Below, piece by piece: positions 1 through 11,650 of a stretch of DNA of 64,000 nucleotides. The DNA is taken from NCBI GenBank assembly GCA_964016885.1, contig OZ024745.1, positions 91,760,001 through 91,824,000 on the forward strand, given 5' to 3'. Both the position numbers and the translations under genes were made by a program. The notes beneath the pieces were generated by a model. That model was given only the letters and a program-made list of their open reading frames with translations, was not told the DNA's origin and made no database searches. This DNA comes from Eledone cirrhosa (lineage: Eukaryota). Every line of letters starts with the position of its first letter. Position 1 is the stretch's first letter.

Positions 1-3000
1 TACAGTAAGTTATATTACTCTGTCTGAGTATCAAACAGCTCCACTAGATACAGTAAGTTACATTACTCTGTCTGAGTATCAAACAGCTCCACTAGATACA
101 GTAAGTTATATTACTCTGTCTGAGTATCAAACAGCTCCACTAGATACAGTAAGTTATATTACTCTGTCTGAGTATCAAACAGCTCCACTAGATACAGTAA
201 GTTATATTACTCTGCCTGAGTATCAAACAGCTCCACTAGATACAGTAAGTTATATTACTCTGCCTGAGTATCAAACAGCTCCACTAGATACAGTAAGTTA
301 TATTACTCTGTCTGAGTATCAAACAGCTCCACTAGATACAGTAAGTTATATTACTCTGCCTGAGTATCAAACAGCTCCACTAGATACAGTAAGTTCTATT
401 ACTCTGTCTGAGTATCAAACAGCTCCCCTAGATACAGTAAGTTATATTACTCTGTCTGAGTATCAAACATCTCCCCTAGATACAGTAAGTTATATTACTC
501 TGTCTGAGTATCAAACAGCTTCACTAGATACAGTAAGTTATATTACACTGTCTGAGTATCAAACAGCTCCACTAGGTACAGTAAGTTATATTACTCTGCC
601 TGAGTATCAAACAGTTCCACTAGATGCAGTAAGTTATATTACTCTGCCTGAGTATCAAACAACTCCACTAGATACAGTAAGTTATATTACTCTGCCTGAG
701 TATCAAACAGCTCCACTAGATACAGTAAGTTATATTACTCCGTCTGAGTATCAAACAGCTCCACTAGATACAGTAAGTTATATTACTCCGTCTGAGTATC
801 AAACAGCTCCACTAGATACAGTAAGTTATATTACTCTGTCTGAGTATCAAACAGCTCCCCTAGATACAGTAAGTTATATTACTCTGCCTGAGTATCAAAC
901 AGCTCCACTAGATACAGTAAGTTATATTACTCTGTCTGAGTATCAAACAGCTCCCCTAGATACAGTAAGTTATATTACTCTGTCTGAGTATCAAACATCT
1001 CCCCTAGATACAGTAAGTTATATTACACTGCCTGAGTATCAAACAGCTCCACTAGGTACAGTAAGTTATATTACTCCGCCTGAGTATCAAACAGCTCCAC
1101 TACATACAGTAAGTTATATTACTCTGCCTGAGTATCAAACAGCTCCCGTAGATACGGTAAGTTATATTACTCTGTCTGAGTATCAAACAGCTCCACTAGA
1201 TACAGTAAGTTATATTACTCTGTCTGAGTATCAAACAGCTCCACTAGATACAGTAAGTTATATTACTCTGCCTGAGTATCAAACAGCTCCACTAGATACA
1301 GTAAGTTATATTACTCTGCCTGAGTATCAAACAGCTCCACTAGATACAGTAAGTTATATTACTCTGTCTGAGTATCAAACAGCTCCACTACATACAGTAA
1401 GTTATATTACTCTGCCTGAGTATCAAACAGCTCCACTAGATACAGTAAGTTATATTACTCTGCCTGAGTATCAAACAGCTCCACTAGATACAGTAAGTTA
1501 TATTACTCTGTCTGAGTATCAAACAGCTCCACTAGATACAGTAAGTTATATTACTCTGCCTGAGTATCAAACAGCTCCACTAGATACAGTAAGTTATATT
1601 ACTCTGCCTGAGTATCAAATAGCTTCACTAGATACAGTAAGTTATATTACACTGCCTGAGTATCAAACAGCTCCACTAGGTACAGTAAGTTATATTACTC
1701 TGCCTGAGTATCAAATAGCTTCACTAGATACAGTAAGTTATATTACACTGTCTGAGTATCAAACAGCTCCACTAGGTACAGTAAGTTATATTACTCTGCC
1801 TGAGTATCAAACAGTTCCACTAGATGCAGTAAGTTATATTACTCTGCCTGAGTATCAAACAACTCCACTAGATACAGTAAGTTATATTACTCTGCCTGAG
1901 TATCAAACAGCTCCACTAGATACAGTAAGTTATATTACTCCGTCTGAGTATCAAACAGCTCCACTAGATACAGTAAGTTATATTACTCTGCCTGAGTATC
2001 AAACAGCTCCACTAGATACAGTAAGTTATATTACTCTGCCTGAGTATCAAATAGCTTCACTAGATACAGTAAGTTATATTACACTGCCTGAGTATCAAAC
2101 AGCTCCACTAGGTACAGTAAGTTATATTACTCTGCCTGAGTATCAAATAGCTTCACTAGATACAGTAAGTTATATTACACTGCCTGAGTATCAAACAGCT
2201 CCACTAGGTACAGTAAGTTATATTACTCTGCCTGAGTATCAAACAGTTCCACTAGATGCAGTAAGTTATATTACTCTGCCTGAGTATCAAACAACTCCAC
2301 TAGATACAGTAAGTTATATTACTCTGCCTGAGTATCAAACAGCTCCACTAGATACAGTAAGTTATATTACTCTGCCTGAGTATCAAACAGCTCCACTAGA
2401 TACAGTAAGTTATATTACTCTGTCTGAGTATCAAACAGCTCCACTAGATACAGTAAGTTATATTACTCTGACTGAGTATCAAACAGCTCCACTAGATACA
2501 GTAAGTTATATTACTCTGCCTGAGTATCAAACAGCTCCACTAGATACAGTAAGTTAATTTACTCTGTCTGAGTATCAAATAGCTCCACTAGATACAGTAA
2601 GTTATATTACTCTGTCTGAGTATCAAACAGCTCCTTTAGATACAGTAAGTTATATTACTCTGCCTGAGTATCAAATAGCTCCACTAGATACAGTAAGTTA
2701 TATTACTCTGCCTGAGTATCAAACAGCTCCACTCGGTACAGTAAGTTATGTTACTCTGCATGAGTATGAAACAGCTCCACTAGATGCAGTAAGTTATATT
2801 ACTCTGTCTGAGTATCAAACAGCTCCACTAGATACAGTAAGTTATATTACTCTGTCTGAGTATCAAACAGCTCCACTAGATACAGTAAGTTATATTACTC
2901 TGTCTGAGTATCAAACAGCTCCACTAGATACAGTAAGTTATATTACTCTGCCTGAGTATCAAACAGCTCCACTAGATACAGTAAGTTATATTACTCTGTC

Positions 3001-3960
3001 GGAGTATCAAACAGCTCCACTACATACAGTAAGTTATATTACTCTGCCTGAGTATCAAACGGCTCCACTAGATACAGTAAGTTATATTACTCTGCCTGAG
3101 TATCAAACAGCTCCACAAGATACAGTAAGTTATATTACTCTGTCTGAGTTTCAAACAGCTCCACTAGATACAGTAAGTTATATTACTCTGCCTGAGTATC
3201 AAACAGCTCCACTAGAGACAGTACGTTATATTACTCTGCCTGAGTATCAAACAGCTCCACTAGATACAGTAAGTTATATTACTCTGTCTGAGTATCAAAC
3301 AGCTCCACTAGATACAGTAAGTTATATTACTCTGCCTGAGTATCAAACAGCTCCACTAGATACAGTAGGTTATAATACTCTGCCTGAGTATCAAACAGCT
3401 CCACTAGATACAGTAAGTTATATTACTCTGTCTGAGTATCAAACAGCTCCACTAGATACAGTAAGTTATATTACTCTGCCTGAGTATCAAACAGCTCCAC
3501 TAGATACAGTAAGTTATATTACTCTGTCTGAGTATCAAACAGCTCCCCTAGATACAGTAAGTTATATTACTCTGTCTGAGTATCAAACATCTCCCCTAGA
3601 TACAGTAAGTTATATTACTCTGCCTGAGTATCAAACAGCTCCACTAGATACAGTAAGTTATATTACTCTGTCTGAGTATCAAACAGCTCCACTAGATACA
3701 GTAAGTTATATTACTCTGTCTGAGTATCAAACAGCTCCACTAGATACAGTAAGTTATATTACTCTGCCTGAGTATCAAACAGCTCCACTAGATACAGTAA
3801 GTTATATTACTCTGTCTGAGTATCAAACAGCTCCACTACATACAGTAAGTTATATTACTCTGTCTGAGTATCAAACAGCTCCACTAGATACAGTAAGTTA
3901 TATTACTCTGCCTGAGTATCAAACAGCTCCACTAGATACAGTAAGTTATATTACTCTGTC

Positions 3961-4440
3961 TGAGTATCAAACAGCTCCACTACATACAGTAAGTTATATT
4001 ACTCTGCCTGAGTATCAAACGGCTCCACTAGATACAGTAAGTTATATTACTCTGTCTGAGTATCAAACAGCTCCACTACATAAAGTAAGTTATATTACTC
4101 TGCCTGAGTATCAAACAGCTCCACTAGATACAGTAAGTTATATTACTCTGCCTGAGTATCAAACAGATCCACTAGATACAGTAAGTTATATTACTCTGTC
4201 TGAGTATCAAACAGCTCCACTACATACAGTAAGTTATATTACTCTGCCTGAGTATCAAACGGCTCCACTAGATACAGTAAGTTATATTACTCTGTCTGAG
4301 TATCAAACAGCTCCACTACATAAAGTAAGTTATATTACTCTGCCTGAGTATCAAACAGCTCCACTAGATACAGTAAGTTATATTACTCTGCCTGAGTATC
4401 AAACAGATCCACTAGATACAGTAAGTTATATTACTCTGTC
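3961..4440. repeat. Perfect 240-bp (5-monomer) tandem duplication within the array
   Basis: 3961-4200 is identical to 4201-4440, including the rare variants CATAAAGTAAG (4083/4323) and ACAGATCC (4167/4407). Confidence 0.93.
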
Positions 4441-4483
4441 TGAGTATCAAACAGCTCCACTAGATACAGTAAGTTATATTACT

Positions 4484-7400
4484 GTGCCTGAGTATCAAAC
4501 AGCTCCACTAGATACAGTAAGTTATATTACTCTGCCTGAGTATCAAACAGCTCCACTAGATACAGTAAGTTATATTACTCTGTCTGAGTATCAAACAGCT
4601 CCACTAGATACAGTAAGTTATATTACTCTGCCTGAGTATCAAACAGCTCCACTAGATACAGTAAGTTATATTATTCTGTCTGAGTATCAAACAGCTCCCC
4701 TAGATACAGTAAGTTATATTACTCTGTCTGAGTATCAAACATCTCCCCTAGATACAGTAAGTTATATTACTCTGCCTGAGTATCAAACAGCTCCACTAGA
4801 TACAGTAAGTTATATTACTCTGCCTGAGTATCAAACAGCTCCACTAGATACAGTAAGTTATATTACTCTGTCTGAGTATCAAACAGCTCCACTAGATACA
4901 GTAAGTTATATTACTCTGTCTGAGTATCAAACAGCTCCACTACATACAGTAAGTTATATTACTCTGTCTGAGTATCAAACAGCTCCACTAGATACAGTAA
5001 GTTATATTACTCTGCCTGAGTATCAAACAGCTCCACTAGATACAGTAAGTTATATTACTCTGTCTGAGTATCAAACAGCTCCACTACATACAGTAAGTTA
5101 TATTACTCTGCCTGAGTATCAAACGGCTCCACTAGATACAGTAAGTTATATTACTCTGCCTGAGTATCAAACAGCTCCACTAGATACAGTAAGTTATATT
5201 ACTCTGTCTGAGTATCAAACAGCTCCACTAGATACAGTAAGTTATATTACTCTGCCTGAGTATCAAACAGCTCCACTAGACACAGTAAGTTATATTACTC
5301 TGCCTGAGTATCAAACAGCTCCACTAGATACAGTAAGTTATATTACTCTGTCTGAGTATCAAACAGCTCCACTAGATACAGTAAGTTATATTACTCTGCC
5401 TGAGTATCAAACAGCTCCACTAGATACAGTAAGTTATATTACTCTGTCTGAGTATCAAACAGCTCCCCTAGATACAGTAAGTTATATTACTCTGTCTGAG
5501 TATCAAACATCTCCCCTAGATACAGTAAGTTATATTACTCTGCCTGAGTATCAAACAGCTCCACTAGATACAGTAAGTTATATTACTCTGTCTGAGTATC
5601 AAACAGCTCCACTAGATACAGTAAGTTATATTACTCTGTCTGAGTATCAAACACCTCCACTAGATACAGTAAGTTATATTACTCTGTCTGAGTATCAAAC
5701 AGCTCCACTAGATACAGTAAGTTACATTACTCTGTCTGAGTATCAAACAGCTCCACTAGATACAGTAAGTTATATTACTCTGTCTGAGTATCAAACAGCT
5801 CCACTAGATACAGTAAGTTATATTACTCTGTCTGAGTATCAAACAGCTCCACTAGATACAGTAAGTTATATTACTCTGCCTGAGTATCAAACAGCTCCAC
5901 TAGATACAGTAAGTTATATTACTCTGCCTGAGTATCAAACAGCTCCACTAGATACAGTAAGTTATATTACTCTGTCTGAGTATCAAACAGCTCCACTAGA
6001 TACAGTAAGTTATATTACTCTGCCTGAGTATCAAACAGCTCCACTAGATACAGTAAGTTCTATTACTCTGTCTGAGTATCAAACAGCTCCCCTAGATACA
6101 GTAAGTTATATTACTCTGTCTGAGTATCAAACATCTCCCCTAGATACAGTAAGTTATATTACTCTGTCTGAGTATCAAACAGCTTCACTAGATACAGTAA
6201 GTTATATTACACTGTCTGAGTATCAAACAGCTCCACTAGGTACAGTAAGTTATATTACTCTGCCTGAGTATCAAACAGTTCCACTAGATGCAGTAAGTTA
6301 TATTACTCTGCCTGAGTATCAAACAACTCCACTAGATACAGTAAGTTATATTACTCTGCCTGAGTATCAAACAGCTCCACTAGATACAGTAAGTTATATT
6401 ACTCCGTCTGAGTATCAAACAGCTCCACTAGATACAGTAAGTTATATTACTCCGTCTGAGTATCAAACAGCTCCACTAGATACAGTAAGTTATATTACTC
6501 TGTCTGAGTATCAAACAGCTCCACTAGATACAGTAAGTTATATTACTCTGCCTGAGTATCAAACAGCTCCACTAGATACAGTAAGTTATATTACTCTGTC
6601 TGAGTATCAAACAGCTCCCCTAGATACAGTAAGTTATATTACTCTGTCTGAGTATCAAACATCTCCCCTAGATACAGTAAGTTATATTACTCTGCCTGAG
6701 TATCAAACAGCTCCACTACATACAGTAAGTTATATTACTCCGCCTGAGTATCAAACAGCTCCACTACATACAGTAAGTTATATTACTCTGCCTGAGTATC
6801 AAACAGCTCCCGTAGATACGGTAAGTTATATTACTCTGTCTGAGTATCAAACAGCTCCACTAGATACAGTAAGTTATATTACTCTGTCTGAGTATCAAAC
6901 AGCTCCACTAGATACAGTAAGTTATATTACTCTGCCTGAGTATCAAACAGCTCCACTAGATACAGTAAGTTATATTACTCTGCCTGAGTATCAAACAGCT
7001 CCACTAGATACAGTAAGTTATATTACTCTGTCTGAGTATCAAACAGCTCCACTACATACAGTAAGTTATATTACTCTGCCTGAGTATCAAACAGCTCCAC
7101 TAGATACAGTAAGTTATATTACTCTGCCTGAGTATCAAACAGCTCCACTAGATACAGTAAGTTATATTACTCTGTCTGAGTATCAAACAGCTCCACTAGA
7201 TACAGTAAGTTATATTACTCTGCCTGAGTATCAAACAGCTCCACTAGATACAGTAAGTTATATTACTCTGCCTGAGTATCAAATAGCTTCACTAGATACA
7301 GTAAGTTATATTACACTGCCTGAGTATCAAACAGCTCCACTAGGTACAGTAAGTTATATTACTCTGCCTGAGTATCAAATAGCTTCACTAGATACAGTAA

Positions 7401-8221
7401 GTTATATTACACTGTCTGAGTATCAAACAGCTCCACTAGGTACAGTAAGTTATATTACTCTGCCTGAGTATCAAACAGTTCCACTAGATGCAGTAAGTTA
7501 TATTACTCTGCCTGAGTATCAAACAACTCCACTAGATACAGTAAGTTATATTACTCTGCCTGAGTATCAAACAGCTCCACTAGATACAGTAAGTTATATT
7601 ACTCCGTCTGAGTATCAAACAGCTCCACTAGATACAGTAAGTTATATTACTCTGCCTGAGTATCAAACAGCTCCACTAGATACAGTAAGTTATATTACTC
7701 TGCCTGAGTATCAAATAGCTTCACTAGATACAGTAAGTTATATTACACTGCCTGAGTATCAAACAGCTCCACTAGGTACAGTAAGTTATATTACTCTGCC
7801 TGAGTATCAAATAGCTTCACTAGATACAGTAAGTTATATTACACTGCCTGAGTATCAAACAGCTCCACTAGGTACAGTAAGTTATATTACTCTGCCTGAG
7901 TATCAAACAGTTCCACTAGATGCAGTAAGTTATATTACTCTGCCTGAGTATCAAACAACTCCACTAGATACAGTAAGTTATATTACTCTGCCTGAGTATC
8001 AAACAGCTCCACTAGATACAGTAAGTTATATTACTCTGCCTGAGTATCAAACAGCTCCACTAGATACAGTAAGTTATATTACTCTGTCTGAGTATCAAAC
8101 AGCTCCACTAGATACAGTAAGTTATATTACTCTGACTGAGTATCAAACAGCTCCACTAGATACAGTAAGTTATATTACTCTGCCTGAGTATCAAACAGCT
8201 CCACTAGATACAGTAAGTTAA
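4484..8221 (+). other. Repeat-derived open frame, (P/S)EYQTAPLDTVSYITL x about 78; most likely not a gene
   Basis: The start is a rare CTG>GTG monomer variant, the frame is already open from 2558, and the stop is a TAT>TAA variant. There is no unique N- or C-terminal domain, RBS or promoter. Confidence refers to the non-gene interpretation. Confidence 0.85.
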
Positions 8222-9811
8222 TTTACTCTGTCTGAGTATCAAATAGCTCCACTAGATACAGTAAGTTATATTACTCTGTCTGAGTATCAAACAGCTCCTT
8301 TAGATACAGTAAGTTATATTACTCTGCCTGAGTATCAAATAGCTCCACTAGATACAGTAAGTTATATTACTCTGCCTGAGTATCAAACAGCTCCACTAGG
8401 TACAGTAAGTTATGTTACTCTGCATGAGTATGAAACAGCTCCACTAGATGCAGTAAGTTATATTACTCTGTCTGAGTATCAAACAGCTCCACTAGATACA
8501 GTAAGTTATATTACTCTGTCTGAGTATCAAACAGCTCCACTAGATACAGTAAGTTATATTACTCTGTCTGAGTATCAAACAGCTCCACTAGATACAGTAA
8601 GTTATATTACTCTGCCTGAGTATCAAACAGCTCCACTAGATACAGTAAGTTATATTACTCTGTCGGAGTATCAAACAGCTCCACTACATACAGTAAGTTA
8701 TATTACTCTGCCTGAGTATCAAACGGCTCCACTAGATACAGTAAGTTATATTACTCTGCCTGAGTATCAAACAGCTCCACAAGATACAGTAAGTTATATT
8801 ACTCTGTCTGAGTATCAAACAGCTCCACTAGATACAGTAAGTTATATTACTCTGCCTGAGTATCAAACAGCTCCACTAGAGACAGTAAGTTATATTACTC
8901 TGCCTGAGTATCAAACAGCTCCACTAGATACAGTAAGTTATATTACTCTGTCTGAGTATCAAACAGCTCCACTAGATACAGTAAGTTATATTACTCTGCC
9001 TGAGTATCAAACAGCTCCACTAGATACAGTAAGTTATAATACTCTGCCTGAGTATCAAACAGCTCCACTAGATACAGTAAGTTATATTACTCTGTCTGAG
9101 TATCAAACAGCTCCACTAGATACAGTAAGTTATATTACTCTGCCTGAGTATCAAACAGCTCCACTAGATACAGTAAGTTATATTACTCTGTCTGAGTATC
9201 AAACAGCTCCCCTAGATACAGTAAGTTATATTACTCTGTCTGAGTATCAAACATCTCCCCTAGATACAGTAAGTTATATTACTCTGCCTGAGTATCAAAC
9301 AGCTCCACTAGATACAGTAAGTTATATTACTCTGTCTGAGTATCAAACAGCTCCACTAGATACAGTAAGTTATATTACTCTGTCTGAGTATCAAACAGCT
9401 CCACTAGATACAGTAAGTTATATTACTCTGCCTGAGTATCAAACAGCTCCACTAGATACAGTAAGTTATATTACTCTGTCTGAGTATCAAACAGCTCCAC
9501 TACATACAGTAAGTTATATTACTCTGTCTGAGTATCAAACAGCTCCACTAGATACAGTAAGTTATATTACTCTGCCTGAGTATCAAACAGCTCCACTAGA
9601 TACAGTAAGTTATATTACTCTGTCTGAGTATCAAACAGCTCCACTACATACAGTAAGTTATATTACTCTGCCTGAGTATCAAACGGCTCCACTAGATACA
9701 GTAAGTTATATTACTCTGCCTGAGTATCAAACAGATCCACTAGATACAGTAAGTTATATTACTCTGTCTGAGTATCAAACAGCTCCACTAGATACAGTAA
9801 GTTATATTACT

Positions 9812-11650
9812 GTGCCTGAGTATCAAACAGCTCCACTAGATACAGTAAGTTATATTACTCTGCCTGAGTATCAAACAGCTCCACTAGATACAGTAAGTTA
9901 TATTACTCTGTCTGAGTATCAAACAGCTCCACTAGATACAGTAAGTTATATTACTCTGCCTGAGTATCAAACAGCTCCACTAGATACAGTAAGTTATATT
10001 ACTCTGTCTGAGTATCAAACAGCTCCCCTAGATACAGTAAGTTATATTACTCTGTCTGAGTATCAAACATCTCCCCTAGATACAGTAAGTTATATTACTC
10101 TGCCTGAGTATCAAACAGCTCCACTAGATACAGTAAGTTATATTACTCTGTCTGAGTATCAAACAGCTCCACTAGATACAGTAAGTTATATTACTCTGTC
10201 TGAGTATCAAACACCTCCACTAGATACAGTAAGTTATATTACTCTGTCTGAGTATCAAACAGCTCCACTAGATACAGTAAGTTATATTACTCTGTCTGAG
10301 TATCAAACAGCTCCACTAGATACAGTAAGTTATATTACTCTGTCTGAGTATCAAACAGCTCCACTAGATACAGTAAGTTATATTACTCTGTCTGAGTATC
10401 AAACAGCTCCACTAGATACAGTAAGTTATATTACTCTGCCTGAGTATCAAACAGCTCCACTAGATACAGTAAGTTATATTACTCTGCCTGAGTATCAAAC
10501 AGCTCCACTAGATACAGTAAGTTATATTACTCTGTCTGAGTATCAAACAGCTCCACTAGATACAGTAAGTTATATTACTCTGCCTGAGTATCAAACAGCT
10601 CCACTAGATACAGTAAGTTCTATTACTCTGTCTGAGTATCAAACAGCTCCCCTAGATACAGTAAGTTATATTACTCTGTCTGAGTATCAAACATCTCCCC
10701 TAGATACAGTAAGTTATATTACTCTGTCTGAGTATCAAACATCTCCCCTAGATACAGTAAGTTATATTACTCTGCCTGAGTATCAAACAGCTCCACTAGA
10801 TACAGTAAGTTATATTACTCTGCCTGAGTATCAAACAGCTCCACTAGATACAGTAAGTTATATTACTCTGCCTGAGTATCAAACAGCTCCACTAGATACA
10901 GTAAGTTATATTACTCTGTCTGAGTATCAAACAGCTCCACTAGATACAGTAAGTTATATTACTCTGCCTGAGTATCAAACAGCTCCACTAGATACAGTAA
11001 GTTATATTACTCTGCCTGAGTATCAAACAGCTCCACTAGATACAGTAAGTTATATTACTCTGTCTGAGTATCAAACAGCTCCACTAGATACAGTAAGTTA
11101 TATTACTCTGCCTGAGTATCAAACAGCTCTACTACATACAGTAAGTTATATTACTCTGCCTGAGTATCAAACAGCTCCACTAGATACAGTAAGTTATATT
11201 ACTCTGCCTGAGTATCAAACAGCTCCACTACATACAGTAAGTTATATTACTCTGACTGAGTATCAAACAGCTCCACTAGATACAGTAAGTTATATTACAC
11301 TGCCTGAGTATCAAACAGCTCCACTAGGTACAGTAAGTTATATTACTCTGCCTGAGTATCAAACAGTTCCACTAGATGCAGTAAGTTATATTACTCTGCC
11401 TGAGTATCAAACAACTCCACTAGATACAGTAAGTTATATTACTCTGTCTGAGTATCAAACAGCTCCACTAGATACAGTAAGTTATATTACTCTGCCTGAG
11501 TATCAAACAGCTCCACTAGTTACAGTAAGTTATATTACTCTGTCTGAGTATCAAACAGCTCCACTAGATACAGTAAGTTATATTACTCTGTCTGAGTATC
11601 AAACAGCTCCACTAGATACAGTAAGTTATATTACTCTGCCTGAGTATTAA
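9812..11650 (+). other. Repeat-derived open frame (same 16-aa unit x about 38); most likely not a gene
   Basis: It begins at the duplicated copy of the same CTG>GTG variant (offset 5328 from 4484) and ends at a CAA>TAA variant. It lies entirely within the satellite. Confidence refers to the non-gene interpretation. Confidence 0.85.

Larger units (their letters stand above)
1..10750. repeat. Higher-order block duplication, period 5664 bp (118 monomers): about 1-4050 recurs at about 5665-9715, with a partial, internally shortened continuation to about 10.7 kb
   Basis: Rare variants recur at offset 5664: TAC variant C at 61/5725, GTTC variant C at 396/6060, TAA stop at 2555-2557/8219-8221, ACGG at 4021/9685. 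The offset then drops to 5328 (GATCC 4407/9735; GTG 4484/9812) and 4560 (ACACC 5654/10214; GTTC 6060/10620). Block edges are approximate. Confidence 0.9.

Noticed and set aside
24-40. Hammerhead ribozyme core, as in newt, schistosome or cricket satellites (CTGAGTA...CAAAC resembles CUGANGA...GAAAC)
   Set aside because: Two essential core positions mismatch (CUGAGUA instead of CUGANGA; CAAA instead of GAAA), there is no room for stem II, and I found no matching stems I/III. An Infernal search on a dimer would settle it.
1-48. Telomeric repeat, tRNA/5S/spliced-leader/snRNA tandem gene unit
   Set aside because: There is no G-rich telomeric motif, no Pol III A/B boxes or cloverleaf, and no Sm site (AT4-6G) after the donor-like motif. 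The unit is too short. The minus-strand ACTTAC similarity to the U1 5' end is only the complement of GTAAGT.
1-48. Monomer derived from a 24-bp ancestral dimer (AGTA at 4-7 and 27-30)
   Set aside because: Beyond the 4-bp word the two halves do not align convincingly.
4484-8221. 1245-aa ORF as a real repetitive surface, ice-nucleation-like or mucin-like protein gene
   Set aside because: The 16-aa period recalls ice-nucleation proteins, but the sequence does not match their AGYGSTxTAxxxSxLx repeat. There are no unique termini, the start is a sporadic GTG variant, identical repeats continue on both sides with in-frame stops, and third codon positions are not diversified.
9812-11650. 612-aa ORF as a paralogous gene
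   Set aside because: It is just the duplicated GTG variant inside the satellite and ends at a CAA>TAA monomer variant.
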